Positions 13,546-24,983 of a DNA stretch of 64,000 bases are shown in pieces. The translations under genes were made by a program, and so were the position numbers. Below the pieces are notes generated by a model, which saw nothing but the letters and a program-made list of their open reading frames with translations, had not been told where the DNA came from and did no database searches. Positions within the stretch are counted from its first letter, which is position 1. Each line of letters starts with the position of its first letter. This DNA is from Psammoneis japonica (lineage: Eukaryota), in contig QPGO01000027.1 of NCBI GenBank assembly GCA_008632985.1, positions 1-64,000 of the forward strand, given 5' to 3'.

Positions 13546-14604
13546 CTATCCATGGCTCAACCTAGCAGGCGCACGAGCTTCTTTCACTCTTCGTTCATAC
13601 TCATCGAGGTCGTCGTCTGTTGGAATTCGCAAGTCCGTGGCAGCAACCGTCTTTTTACAACGTGGATAACCCTTCCACACGACTTTCAACCGACCTCTCG
13701 GCGAGATCTTTCCCGTCTTAATTTGTACAATGTACGTGGTTCCCTTGTCATCAAACTTCCACAACGAGTTGCGCTCGAAAACTCCAGGCGTTGTTGCTCG
13801 ATGTTCTCGATGCAACAAACGGCGTTGCTGGGGGCGGCGTGCGCTTTGAAGGAGGACGTGCCGAATGACAGGTCGGCGGGACGCAGATGCTTCGCACCAC
13901 GCTCGACCGTGTGCCGATGGGTCGAAGCGAAATTTTGACTTGTGATTGCGAGTAGAGGCACGAGAGGCACGAGATCCTTTGGGATTAACCACTTGAGCGG
14001 TCAAAGCAGGAGGCGTGGGGCCCGACTCCATAATTGGTTGGTCATTCGACATTACTGTATTGTCGACATCTTCTTCGCTTTCGTTTGTGTGAACTTCTTT
14101 ATGTTCATCATCATCAGATTCTGAACGATGACTTTTAGCCGTGGAATGGTTGTCGGGCGAAAGGGGTACCAGCTGCTGGTCTTCAGCTTGCAACTTACTA
14201 CGTTTGGCTTCGTCTTCAGGTTGCACCTGAATACGGGACGTTTTCATACTCCTCCACAAATTCATAAACTTCACATGGTCGAGCAGTCCATTCAGTAAGC
14301 CTTTCAAAGACACGGTGCAGATTTGGTCATCCGTCATTACCTCTACAACCACAGCAGGTTCAACACCCCAGAAAACAAGGAACACGTCCGCCTCGTTCAA
14401 CTTGGGAAACGGTAACTCCTTGACTCGTGCGTACTCGCACCATCCCAAGAAATAGTCCATCCAAGACAATTCTCCTTTCTGAACACACTTGAGGAGAACA
14501 CGCTGAACGGTTGCAGCGGCTTTGTCGACCAATAGCCGTTCCTTGGGGAAATCAACGAAACAATCTCGAATGATACGATCGAGCAAAGAAAGCGACGTTG
14601 CCAT
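13546..14604 (-). CDS. Hypothetical protein, paralog of 4431-5633
   Basis: Same N-terminal block (LDRIIRDCF..WMDYFLGWCEYAR) and C-terminal block (RFDPS.HGRAW..VVWKGYPRC). Confidence 0.75.
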   Translation of the reverse strand: MATSLSLLDRIIRDCFVDFPKERLLVDKAAATVQRVLLKCVQKGELSWMDYFLGWCEYARVKELPFPKLNEADVFLVFWGVEPAVVVEVMTDDQICTVSLKGLLNGLLDHVKFMNLWRSMKTSRIQVQPEDEAKRSKLQAEDQQLVPLSPDNHSTAKSHRSESDDDEHKEVHTNESEEDVDNTVMSNDQPIMESGPTPPALTAQVVNPKGSRASRASTRNHKSKFRFDPSAHGRAWCEASASRRPVIRHVLLQSARRPQQRRLLHREHRATTPGVFERNSLWKFDDKGTTYIVQIKTGKISPRGRLKVVWKGYPRCKKTVAATDLRIPTDDDLDEYERRVKEARAPARLSHG

Positions 14605-15216
14605 CGTCTGACAAGGTATAGAGAGTATTCTCTTGCAAGGTTGTTGTTCTAAAGCTATGAAGGAAACACCGGGAAAATATTTGAGCATTATCATACAGAT
14701 TATGACAGATAGAAACAAAAGACTCTATGAAGGTCCGTTTGTGTTGTGTGTGAGTGCAATGTCGGCAGCACAGGTTTTGCGTTTGTTTGGTTCCACATGA
14801 TGTGAAAGAAAGACACAATAGAAACGTTCATGACCAAGTCGGAGAACTTTCCAACCATGTGCTCTCTAGAGAGCATAAAGTACTATTCGTATATGTTCTC
14901 AACACAATCAACGAGGAAAGGAGAAGAAGGAAGAGTTCCTGCCACAACCCAACAGCCGTTGCTGGTTGTGGCCTTTGAGTAGGTCGCGCTTTGTTGTGCG
15001 CATGCACGCGGTGCTGCGTTGTCGGTTTCAATCCTTCAATCCCGTTCACGATTGAACTCGAGAGACTGTGTGTGTGGCAGGCAGATAGCAGCATACTGTG
15101 AAAAATTCAGGCGACTGTGCTCTAAACTCTCTCTACCGACGTCGTACGTACGGTTCATTTATTCGACCGACCATGATAGCCGCCGCCGCTCCTGCCGTAA
15201 CCACAACAACCACATC

Positions 15217-16005
15217 ATGACGGAATGGCACCCCCTTCCTACTCCTAAGAAGCTACCAAAATGGCTTTCCAGCCTCAATGAAGAAGCGGAGAAAAGAGCT
15301 CGGGAGCTGGTGCCAGCTGCTCTGCCGTCTCTCGATCATTTAAACACGGACGATTACAACAATGTGTACGAACCGAGCGACGACACGTACTTGTTGGTGG
15401 ACGGTCTTTCTTATGAATTGCAATCGGGAGACTTGAAAGAATGTAGCATTGAATGTACATTAGAAATTGGCTGTGGAACCGGAGTTCCCACTATCTACTT
15501 GGCAAGCGAATTGAAAAAGAAACGATCGGGAAGTAGCACGACGCGACACTTTGTGACAGATATAAACCCAATTGCGTTGCAAGTTGCTCAACGAACGGCG
15601 GAAGCGAACGGCTGTGGGGATTCCTTAGAGGCCGTGCAATGCGATTTGGCGTCTGCGTTACTGCCGCGATTAGAGAATGCTGTGAATGTCTTGATTTTCA
15701 ATCCTCCTTACGTTCCGACACCCGACGAAGAGGTTGGTTCGAGCGGAATTGAAGCGAGCTGGGCGGGTGGCTTACACGGGAGGCGAGTCGTAGATCGTGC
15801 CCTTCCTCAGTTTGCGAAGTTACTAAGTCGTCGATTTGGTATTGGCTACCTCATTACGGTTGATGACAACTTACCAGAGGAGCTTCACAGCAACTTTGCA
15901 GAGCTTGGTCTTGATATGAAACCACTCGTGAGACGACGAGTTCGAAACGAGTATCTAACGGTTCAAAAGCTGACTTGGAAAGACAGACCAGCAGATACGA
16001 GTTGA
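15217..16005 (+). CDS. N6AMT1: HemK-family eRF1 glutamine methyltransferase (HEMK2/N6AMT1/Mtq2)
   Basis: VYEPSDDTYLL, LEIGCGTG, LIFNPPYVPT and SWAGGLHGR. Confidence 0.9.
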   Translation: MTEWHPLPTPKKLPKWLSSLNEEAEKRARELVPAALPSLDHLNTDDYNNVYEPSDDTYLLVDGLSYELQSGDLKECSIECTLEIGCGTGVPTIYLASELKKKRSGSSTTRHFVTDINPIALQVAQRTAEANGCGDSLEAVQCDLASALLPRLENAVNVLIFNPPYVPTPDEEVGSSGIEASWAGGLHGRRVVDRALPQFAKLLSRRFGIGYLITVDDNLPEELHSNFAELGLDMKPLVRRRVRNEYLTVQKLTWKDRPADTS

Positions 16006-16488
16006 TGATTCTATCGTGTCATCAGGCTGTCGTTGCTGTTTCCTCTGTAGTCCACGCTGTGCAAACTTTGATAGTTTCATTTTGGGAGCTTATGATGAGG
16101 TGCAAAGTCACTTTTGATATCCCTGGCACCATGCAGCCCATATCCGGGGCATGCCTCAGTGCCTTGCAGGCAATGGTATAGTTTCAGCTTTCCTTTAACA
16201 CAGTCAAACAGATAAAGGGGCATAGTAGTTCTATTCTGAGTGTTTGAGATACTATTTCGACAATGTTTCCGTCTTCTGAACTCAGACGACAGTTTCGTTC
16301 ACACATGATCAGGTTCCAGTGCTTTAAAAGGGCCCTACGCGACTTCGACGAAGCATTTGTCTATCGCTATTGCAGTATACTGTTCCCGTCCATAGAATGT
16401 AAATTAATAAGCATTTTCATGTAACGTAAGTATTTTCATGTAATGTTCAGGTTCCGCCCACAGAACAAACCACTGCCACTACCGCTCA

Positions 16489-17460
16489 CTACCACATGCA
16501 ACCCAAGTACCTGACAATATCCTTCGCGAGTTTTCCTACTTCTTTCGTGGGCTTGCACGATTTGACACCGTTCCTATCAAATTCGCAAGTAATGCCGCCC
16601 TGCCATTGAATACTGTCGCAACCCTTCTTCGTACCAAAGTTCATGACAGTCACTGGTGATTCGCTTCCAAAGTACATCCTGGTATTACTCCCGTGCGAAA
16701 TGAGTTGCTGCATGCGGCCCATATAATTCTTGTAATCCGATCCATACTTGTTGTTGTTCCTCTTATCTTCATCATCCTGGTAACTGCTGCCTGTATTGGC
16801 CAATGATGCTTTGGTGAAGATTAACTGGCCATCGAATAGTCCGTCCCACTTTGGCTTCCCTGATTGCTTGGGAACAAAACAAAAGTACATGATCGTGAAC
16901 GAGTCCTTGTTGGTATGGGGGGAAATGTCACCCTCGTGGTGGTTGTTATTCCCAGAGTCCTCGTTATCCCAGCGCTTATAGAAGCGGTAGCTATTCTTGG
17001 GGCACTTGTTCGACGCACTAATGACAGCATAGTCATGGGACAAACGGGGGAGCGTGTCAACCTGTTTGGGGCAATAAGAGATCAAGGTGTTTCCACCTGC
17101 CCTTCTCGGAGATATAGGATGGCCAAGACCTCCGATGGTCATGGTGACGCCATGGTAAGCTTCTCCATTGAAACCGAAGGCGTTCCTGTTTGAACTATCT
17201 TCATCATCCATATAGATGGTAACTTTATCACCGCATGACGCACTCGCTGGATCACTGGTAGGAATAGCTCCGATCCATGGAGTCGAGGTACTTTTAGCTT
17301 TCCTGCGCACCTCCGGAGATAAAGCAGTGACGATTTCATCAACATTGGAATTATCGTCAACAGCCTCTCCTCCCAACATCGTTGCACGGAGCATGTGCCC
17401 CGACGACATGGAAGAAAGCGCACCGCTAGCAATAGCAAGACAGATGTGAGATAGCTTCAT
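16489..17460 (-). CDS. Secreted protein with an apextrin C-terminal-like domain
   Basis: Signal peptide and three D[DN]EDxxNxN motifs, including CPKNSYRFYKRWDNEDSGNNN..G..P..MYFCF. Confidence 0.65.
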   Translation of the reverse strand: MKLSHICLAIASGALSSMSSGHMLRATMLGGEAVDDNSNVDEIVTALSPEVRRKAKSTSTPWIGAIPTSDPASASCGDKVTIYMDDEDSSNRNAFGFNGEAYHGVTMTIGGLGHPISPRRAGGNTLISYCPKQVDTLPRLSHDYAVISASNKCPKNSYRFYKRWDNEDSGNNNHHEGDISPHTNKDSFTIMYFCFVPKQSGKPKWDGLFDGQLIFTKASLANTGSSYQDDEDKRNNNKYGSDYKNYMGRMQQLISHGSNTRMYFGSESPVTVMNFGTKKGCDSIQWQGGITCEFDRNGVKSCKPTKEVGKLAKDIVRYLGCMW

Positions 17461-18013
17461 TGGGCGATGGTAGTGTCAAAAGTGCAAAATTGGAAATTGT
17501 GAGCCTTTTCCTTGTGCCATTATCCAGGGATCTTGACTCTGATCGCGGATATGGTAGTCGCGGGTTTGGAATCACGGATTTGGAACACGAGGACTGAGCA
17601 TCGCATTCTACTGTCGAGGGGCCCAGTATCGCTTCAACTGTACAGACAATTGATCAATGCATCGCGTATTTGGTACTTTAGACTCAGTGTCGCATTTCTC
17701 TTAGCCAGCTGGAGATCGCCAAGGGACCAACCATCGCTTGGAATTTTCTTCGTGGTCGCGGATATTTCCGCAGCTTTTTCATTCCCGGTGAGCCGAGCCG
17801 ACGGATTGACGATGGACGTCAGTCAACCCGCCCGCCCGTCCTGTACCGCACAGATAGCAGAATACCACGTTTCGGCGGCCGCGGGAGCGAGAGACCGGAG
17901 GATTACCAATGTCATAGGAAGAGAGATATAGCACTAGATGATGCATGCAGCTAGAACATCTGGCTGATTCTCTTGCAGGGGATGCTGTTAAATGTTTCGA
18001 AATTCTTGCCGGT

Positions 18014-19047
18014 CTATCGCTGCTGCTGTTGTTGTCTCTGTAGTCGCTCCTGCGCAAACTTTGATAGCTTCTTTATGGGAGGTGCGGTAGACTCTTGTGA
18101 TTGTATATTGTGTTGCACAGGGCGCTCCTTAACCACCCAGTAAAGACATCCCTATCTAGTTCTCGTCTTTCCCTGACTGGTGTTGCAGGCTTGAGCTCTG
18201 CCGCAGATCTTTGCCCTATACGGGGGATTTCTCGTACTTCGTTGGCAGTTTGAAACCCAACCTTCTTTTGCGAAACAGGTTTTGTTGTCGGGCGTACGGC
18301 ACCTTCTGTATCCTTCGGTTGTTGCGCAGTTCTTTTTTCGCGCTTTGTTTTGGGTTTCTTGTTGTTGCTGGAGAGAAAGCCTTTAGCCCACCCTTTACTC
18401 TGTAGTTTCTTAGCACTCTTCTTGTTAATTCGTTGGTTCTTCTCTGCCTCTTCTTCCAACAATGCTAATTCATCTAACCGAGCCGCCAAGGATCGGTATT
18501 CGTCGTCCGAAAGATTCCTTGCCGACTTTTCTGCTTCTTCCAAAACTGTCGGTGCGGTGGTGGACGTTATTGGCTTGGAGCTTGCAGTCCCTGCAGACGA
18601 TTCGGCGGCTTTCTTTTGTAAATACTCCAGTTCCTTTGCAACGTCTATGGCTTCTGCTCGAATTTCATTTCCCTGTTCATCGTATTCTTCTCGGATCTCA
18701 AAGTATGGCATGTGCTGTGATGCTTTCGGTTTGCCGTCGGGTCTATTATTAGGGATGGCCGTATCGGATGGCTGCTTTGGTTGTCGTTGTTGTTCTGGCT
18801 CCACAACTTTGGGCTCTTTGGACTTAATCAGCTTTTCAAAGTGATCTACAGCCTCCTCGCGAGTCATATCTACATAATAACCTTGCCCAAGGTTCACCAT
18901 GACTTGCTCACTCCTTTCGCTGTCAAGCTTGGGTTGCAGCGTCGCAGGGAAAAATGCCTGGGACGTCATGGGAACCATCACTTGTTGACCTATCAATGGC
19001 TTCTTCAAAATCTTCTGAACATCCTTACGCTGCTGCTTTTTCGACAT
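18014..19047 (-). CDS. URI1: URI1/Bud27-like unconventional prefoldin (one apparent 1-nt frameshift)
   Basis: Prefoldin-alpha segment VMVPMTSQAFFPA..VMVNLGQGYYVDMTREEA and EIREEYDEQG. The C terminus VVKER..KKLSKFAQER appears after adding one G near 18137. Confidence 0.75.
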
Positions 19048-21377
19048 GTTGCGAGAACCACCTACGATATGCACTGACTCACTCAATCCTCAAGTCTCAA
19101 ACGCCATTGTGACGTACTGCGATTTGCGTTGCGATGGATTGTACCGTAAGAATAAGTCGCAAGCCATCCGATTGGTCCGATGACCGATCCGTGCGTGCGC
19201 GTGCTGTTCAAACAGAGTTGACAGGTGGCAGGGTGGGTAGGTGGGTGCCTGTACGAGCTTAGCTCCGCTCCCGCATCTTCGTCATCGACTAAATCGGCTG
19301 GGGCGGGTGATGATGGGGCAAAAACTTCGAAGATGAAAGATGGATTAAAGATGACAGCACCGGCCCAATTGGTGACCTCAGAACATTGGGGCCACGAGCA
19401 AAGAGTGACTGCACCCTGCGTGCTGAAACAGATGAGAGGAGATTCAGACATGTGTTGAGAGTGTGGGTCTGGAGCAGCATCTGGGGCATGTCATGCTGCC
19501 ACAAAAGATGCCTTTTCAATGCACAAAGTGCCTTTTTGGTGTCTTTGGCACACCACACTGAGCCAGAAAAGGAGGGGGCGTGAGTGAGCATCCCTGTGCA
19601 AGAAGGCACCTCCACAAGAAAAGTTGAGCTCACGAGTGACAGCTTTCTGAGCAAAGCAAGACGTTGGAAATGATGTTTTTCCCAGTTTGTCACAGCTCTG
19701 ATGGAAACCTGGATGAAAGTGGAGACAAAGGGCCTCTCAACATGGGCTGCAGCTGCCCTGCATCCATGTCTGACACACCGGTGAAGACTGGGTGCATGAG
19801 AACCAAGACAAGTCAACAAGAAGGGCCTTGAGGAGAGACGACGGTCATTCCAACATGCAAGTGTGAGAGGGGTGGGTTGCCAGTGAGCACAGCTGAGGGA
19901 AAGATGGTCAGATCCCAAGCAACCTTGTGGCCAGCAGAGGTGACTCACCTGGCAAGTGTCCTGCACATGACATCTCTGGTGTGCTGTGCCAGAGGAGCTC
20001 ACTCAGTTGAATTGACAGAGGCTGCAATGCCAAACCACATTCTTCTCACAATGAGAGTGTCATCAGCTGCACCCAACACCTGGCACTTTGCCTCCATGCA
20101 GCCCTGCAAACCACAATGCCAGAAATGCTGGTCCCCCCAAAAGGCCAGATTTGCAAAGAAGAAAATTTGATGGAGGACCAAGTTGCTGCTTGCCAGCAGA
20201 ACATCTCTGACTGCTGAACTCTTCTGTCTGAGGTCGTGTTGTGATCTGCCACAGTGGACATCACAGGCTGGCATGCTGGAAAATGTGTGCACAAAGCTCT
20301 GTGCACACACGGGCTTCAACCGTGGCAAAACATCACTTTGAAACAGTCACTCAGACATGTGCATTTATCTGTGCTGTGCTCAAGTTGTTTCTCAAACAAG
20401 GCAGTCATGAGAGCAGTCACACTGCACAAGTTGTTGTTGCCCATTTGGCACAAAACTGTGCTTCACAAAAAGGGAAGAATGTTTGTGGGTGCTCATCATT
20501 TTTCCCAATGCAGCCCTTTGGTGTGTTGCAAAAATTGCATCTCTTTGCAGAAAGGTGCTTGTGTTGATCCCATGCACACACTCCACAAGGACATTTCACA
20601 CCATCTTCCAACACATTTGCTGCACATGATGATCCGAGACACCAGCACACACTGCTGCCTGTGCACTGCTGTCCTTCTCATGACCACAAATCTCATGACC
20701 ACAACCCCCACTTGTGTCTTTTTTCTGTGAGCAAGCATTGCAGCTCCCACACTTTCAACAATGCTGCATGGTGAAGGATCTGTTTGTTGGCATGACCACA
20801 TTCTGGACTTTTTTCACAGCCACAACAACAGGCCAAGCTTCTCAATGAGAGGAGCCTCCAGTGGACAGCCATGCTCTTGGAGAGAGTTGTTGTCACATGT
20901 GGCAGCAGCAGCACAGATGTGGAAGACAAGCAAACAGTGGATGATGAGACAAGGCCAACCCAAGCACATCCTTTGCTGTTCTTGGTGAGTGCCTGGTGAT
21001 GACATGGGAGCCAAGCAGCCATGACCAACCAGAAATGGCACCCCATGACAAAGAAAATCCTCCTGTGTCAGGCTTTGCCAGGCCAAGCAATCTTGTGGCT
21101 GACACATCACTGGCTTTCTTTTTCAGTGGGAGCTTTTGCCTGATCAACATGTGGGGTGGGATCTGGAGAGCCTCTGCACCCCCCCACCACCACCATTTCA
21201 GTGCTTTGGATCTTTTGTCCACTGCACACATTTTCACATGATGTGTGTTGCGTGCCCTGTTGTGAATTTTTTGGCAAGCATGGCACATCATGTTTGTCTG
21301 GTGCTTTCATCTCACAGCATCTTGGGACATTGTGGACAATTTGCTCACAATTTTGTGCTTCTTTTGGCCTCAATCCT

Positions 21378-21756
21378 TGCACTATGCTCGAAGAACGAGT
21401 GTAAACGAAAGTAGAACGAAGTTCAAAAAAGTGAAAATTGTGAGAATTGTTTCTGCGCAATCATTTTGGGTTTCTCCGAACGGGTTCTCAATAGCCTAAA
21501 CCTTTTGTACTGCTCCTACAGACAAAGGCCTTTCGGAGAATATGATCGTGACAACAGATTGTCCGGATACGATTGATATTGACACATAAGATGTCAACAT
21601 CATCGTACGATCGCATTTGCGATTCTCGACATCCGATCACTTCTGTGTGACTGATCTGTACTTCGTACGAACCCACGATTGACGTACGATTGAAATATAC
21701 TTTTATTTAATATATTCATATACATATATAATACGTACATAACAACGCATATTGCA
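21378..21756 (-). repeat. 3' LTR (largely unmutated)
   Basis: Colinear with 26175-26553; 30 TpA. Confidence 0.95.
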
Positions 21757-21782
21757 TTCGCCTCCCTAATTGCACATTAGAG

Positions 21783-24700
21783 TCAGTCGTTAAACGGCAT
21801 TATCCGACGAATATTGACAGTGTCAATAACGTCACCGCGTTTGATCTGTACTGTGCCATTAGCATGTACCGTTGTTATTACGTACGGTCCAACATAGGGC
21901 TGTTCTAATTTTTGCGAGTCTTTCTCGAGTAGTATCTTTTCTCCTACTCTGTACGTGTAAGGAGTACGTCGAGCATTCTCTCGAGCGTTATTTTTATTTA
22001 TGATTTCTTGTTTTCGCTGCTGGATTAATTTCCAGTCTGCGACATGTTGGACGTTAAATATCATGTCTCTATTGAAGACTAGTTGTCCTGGTGTAGCTTG
22101 CGTAGTGGTATGATACGTAGAACGTACCGCAAATGCTACCGCTGATAGCATTCCAGCGAAAGGATCCTCAGCATCTAGAGGTGCATGTTGCAAATCAAAT
22201 GTACGGAGCATGTTCCCCAGCACTTGATGTACGCGTTCAATAATTGCGTTTGCTTGTGGATTTCGTGTAGTTATAGGCTTGACTTTAATGCCACAATCAT
22301 CTTGCACCATTTCTCTAAATTGGTGTCCGATGAACTCACTTCCACGGTCACATGTGGTTGACGATGGCCAAGGACATCTGCTTGACCATGTTCGTTCTAG
22401 CAGTCCAGCTGCAGTTGTGGGCTCCTCATTTGGGATTTCCACAACTTCAAACCATCCGGTTGCTGGATCGATCATTGTCAAACATTTCAGGACTGGGGGT
22501 TCTTTCTTTCCCTTGCGACGCATTTTGCATGGCCCAATGAGGTCCACACACAGTCGTTCCCATGGTGCGGATTCTGCGCACTTGGGAGGTAAATGTCCAC
22601 ATTTCTTGTGTTTCTTTTTGAATTTTTGGCACGTCTCACATCTCGACACGTATTTTCGTATGTCTTCACGCAAGGTGGACCACCACAGGTGTTGTGAGAT
22701 TGTTTCTTCTGTTCGATTTGTGCCAGGGTGAAGAAGGTGCGCATGGCACCAATCCATCACTGCCTTTTGCAACGTCCTCGGGACGACAATTTTGTCCTTG
22801 TGACATGTGAGCAACCGGTCTCGCTCGCCTCCATGAAAAGTCTTCGCACGAAACGTCTCATTTGACAATTGGGAGAGAATGTCTTTGTCCCGTTTTTGTT
22901 CACAATCAAGAACTTTGCAATTTAACGGAAAGACATTGTCGCAGGATTTTGGTGGGACCTTTTCAGCCAGCTCTTCTGTGCTGAGGGTTTCCACAGGTTC
23001 CATTTTCTTCACAACAAGTCGGCCAATCGCATCTGCGACAATGTTTGCCTTGCCCTCAAGGCATGTCATTTTGGGACTGCACTCTTCTGTTGTTAGATGC
23101 CAACGCATGACTCTGTCCGTTGTGAAATTTTTGTGTGTGAGATTTTTGTGATCCGTGTGTGTGTTTGTCTGTTGGCCAAACAGCACATTGCGGAACTCTT
23201 TTGACGTCTCCACCATGGACAACAGCTCTTTTTCCGTTGCAGTGTGACGCGTCTGCGCTCCATTCAGCTTGCGGCTGTAGAAGGCAATTGGTCGGTTTTT
23301 CTGAGTGACAACCGCCCCCAATTGAGAATCACTGGCATCGGCACATGTCTCAAAGGGTGCATTTGAAATTCGGGTGTGACAATGGCACATCTTTGGAGAT
23401 GATGCGCTTCACATTTTCGAAGGCTTTTTGTTCTGTTTCGGTCCATTGCCACTTCACTTGGGTAGAAGTGAGTTTGGCCAAAGGAGCTAAAACATGAGAT
23501 CGTCGAGGCCACATGTCTCGACAGCAGTTGATCACACCGATGAAGCGCCGCAATTCCTTGCGAGTTTTAGGAGTTGCGATCGCATGAATCGCTTCCACTT
23601 TTTTTGGAATCAGGCTGATGCCCTTGCGGGTGACATGAAAGCCCAGGTGGTCTGCTTCAGGTTTAGCGAAAAAGGACTTCTCGGCGTTGACCTTCAATCC
23701 GGCTTGTTCTAGGCGCAAGAACACCATTTCAAGCTTCTTGAGGTGGTCTTGAAAATCACCTGTTGCAAGACACAATGTGTCGTCAACATGAGTTCTGACG
23801 AACTCCAGACCTGCCATGAGCTCACTCATGTGCTCTTGGAAAACATCTGGAGCTCCACAGATTCCCATCGGGAGTCTACAGCACTCACATTTGCCGTGAG
23901 GCATGACGATCGTGCACAAGCAACGTGCGTGCAGCGTCAATTCGATGTGACAGTGTCCCATGTTTAAATCTGGGGACGTTGCATGCATGAAGCCTTCGAG
24001 CTTCTGTGGCATGTCCTGAACATTGGGCAGAGGAAACGGAGCATGAATTGGCCTCTCATTTGGCTCACGAAAGTCGGATGAGAACCGAACTCTGCCATTT
24101 TTCTTGGGTTGAACAAAGGTTGGAGCCGCCCATTCAGAACAGTTTGTTTTTCTAAGACTTTCAACTTGCACAGTCTTTCAACCTCCTTGCGAGCAGTCGC
24201 CTCCAAGGCTTGTGGTGCGGGAAATGGTTTGGCATGATGCGGACTCACGCCCGATTTCAACTTCAAATCCACCGGTTTCCCGGTCCATTTGCCTGGAGAA
24301 CCATCGAAAAGGTTTTCAAATCTTTTTAAGAGGAAGTTCAGCTGCTTCTGCTCTTCAGGAGTTAGATGAGCAGCTGCTGCAGTCACATCATTGAGGTTTG
24401 CAGCGTGACAGTCTGAGTCAAGGATCCGATTGACCCTGTCATTGAGACCAATCACTGCGTGAGATTCCTCAATGTGATCGGCAATCAACTTAAAAACATC
24501 GGCATCGAAGAGTGTGTCAACATTCTTCACAGGAGCAGCTGCGTCTTCCCATTTAATCTCTTCATTCGAGAAGTCCAATGTCATCCCAAGACTTGACATT
24601 AAGTCGCGTCCCATGATCACATCATGACGACTCGAAGAAGAAGGGGAGTCATCAACACACGCTGTTGTTTTGATCATCTCATGTTTGTCAAATTCGGGCA

Positions 24701-24887
24701 AGGAGAATTGGATCTTACATCGACCATCAGTCGTAAAGAGCCCTCCTTTGGTTTCCCAGAGTTTGGTGGCGGGTGCTTTGGTTCTGAGTTTCTGCGTGAA
24801 TTTGCGCAAAATTGTGGCTGACGATGTTCCGCCATCGAGGAGAACGCGCAGAGGCTTGTTTTTTGCTTTGCCCAATGAAGTGTTCAT
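21783..24887 (-). pseudogene. pol: Gypsy pol (protease, RT, RNase H, integrase) with two 1-nt frameshifts and many Tyr->Cys/His changes
   Basis: LLDGG (protease), SEWAAP, RLPMG, HVDD, DASD, FYSRKL, HPG..CETCQ, VDLIGP, DRGSEF, PQANAIIERVH and GPY. Frameshifts near 24153 and 23367. Confidence 0.93.
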
Positions 24888-24983
24888 GTGGGCGACAACT
24901 GCTGGACTGGTGTGAATTACTTTGGCCCTTTTTCTGGGCTTCCTGATGTCCAGCAGAGCGCAAGACTCCTCTTGCGGTGCAAG

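Noticed and set aside
15217..16005. N6AMT1 (NPPY motif) as a DNA adenine methylase driving the TpA mutations
   Set aside because: It has the standard HEMK2/Mtq2 motifs of an eRF1 glutamine methyltransferase, is a universal housekeeping gene, and its proximity is coincidental.
19400..21377. CpG methylation decay as the sole cause of the TG/CA excess
   Set aside because: It cannot remove TpA, and in the LTR pair CpG is almost unchanged while TpA is converted.
21378..21756. Classical RIP (CpA->TpA) acting on the TA-rich LTR
   Set aside because: Conserved Tyr motifs survive next to the TA-rich LTR and are destroyed in the TA-poor part, so TA is ancestral.
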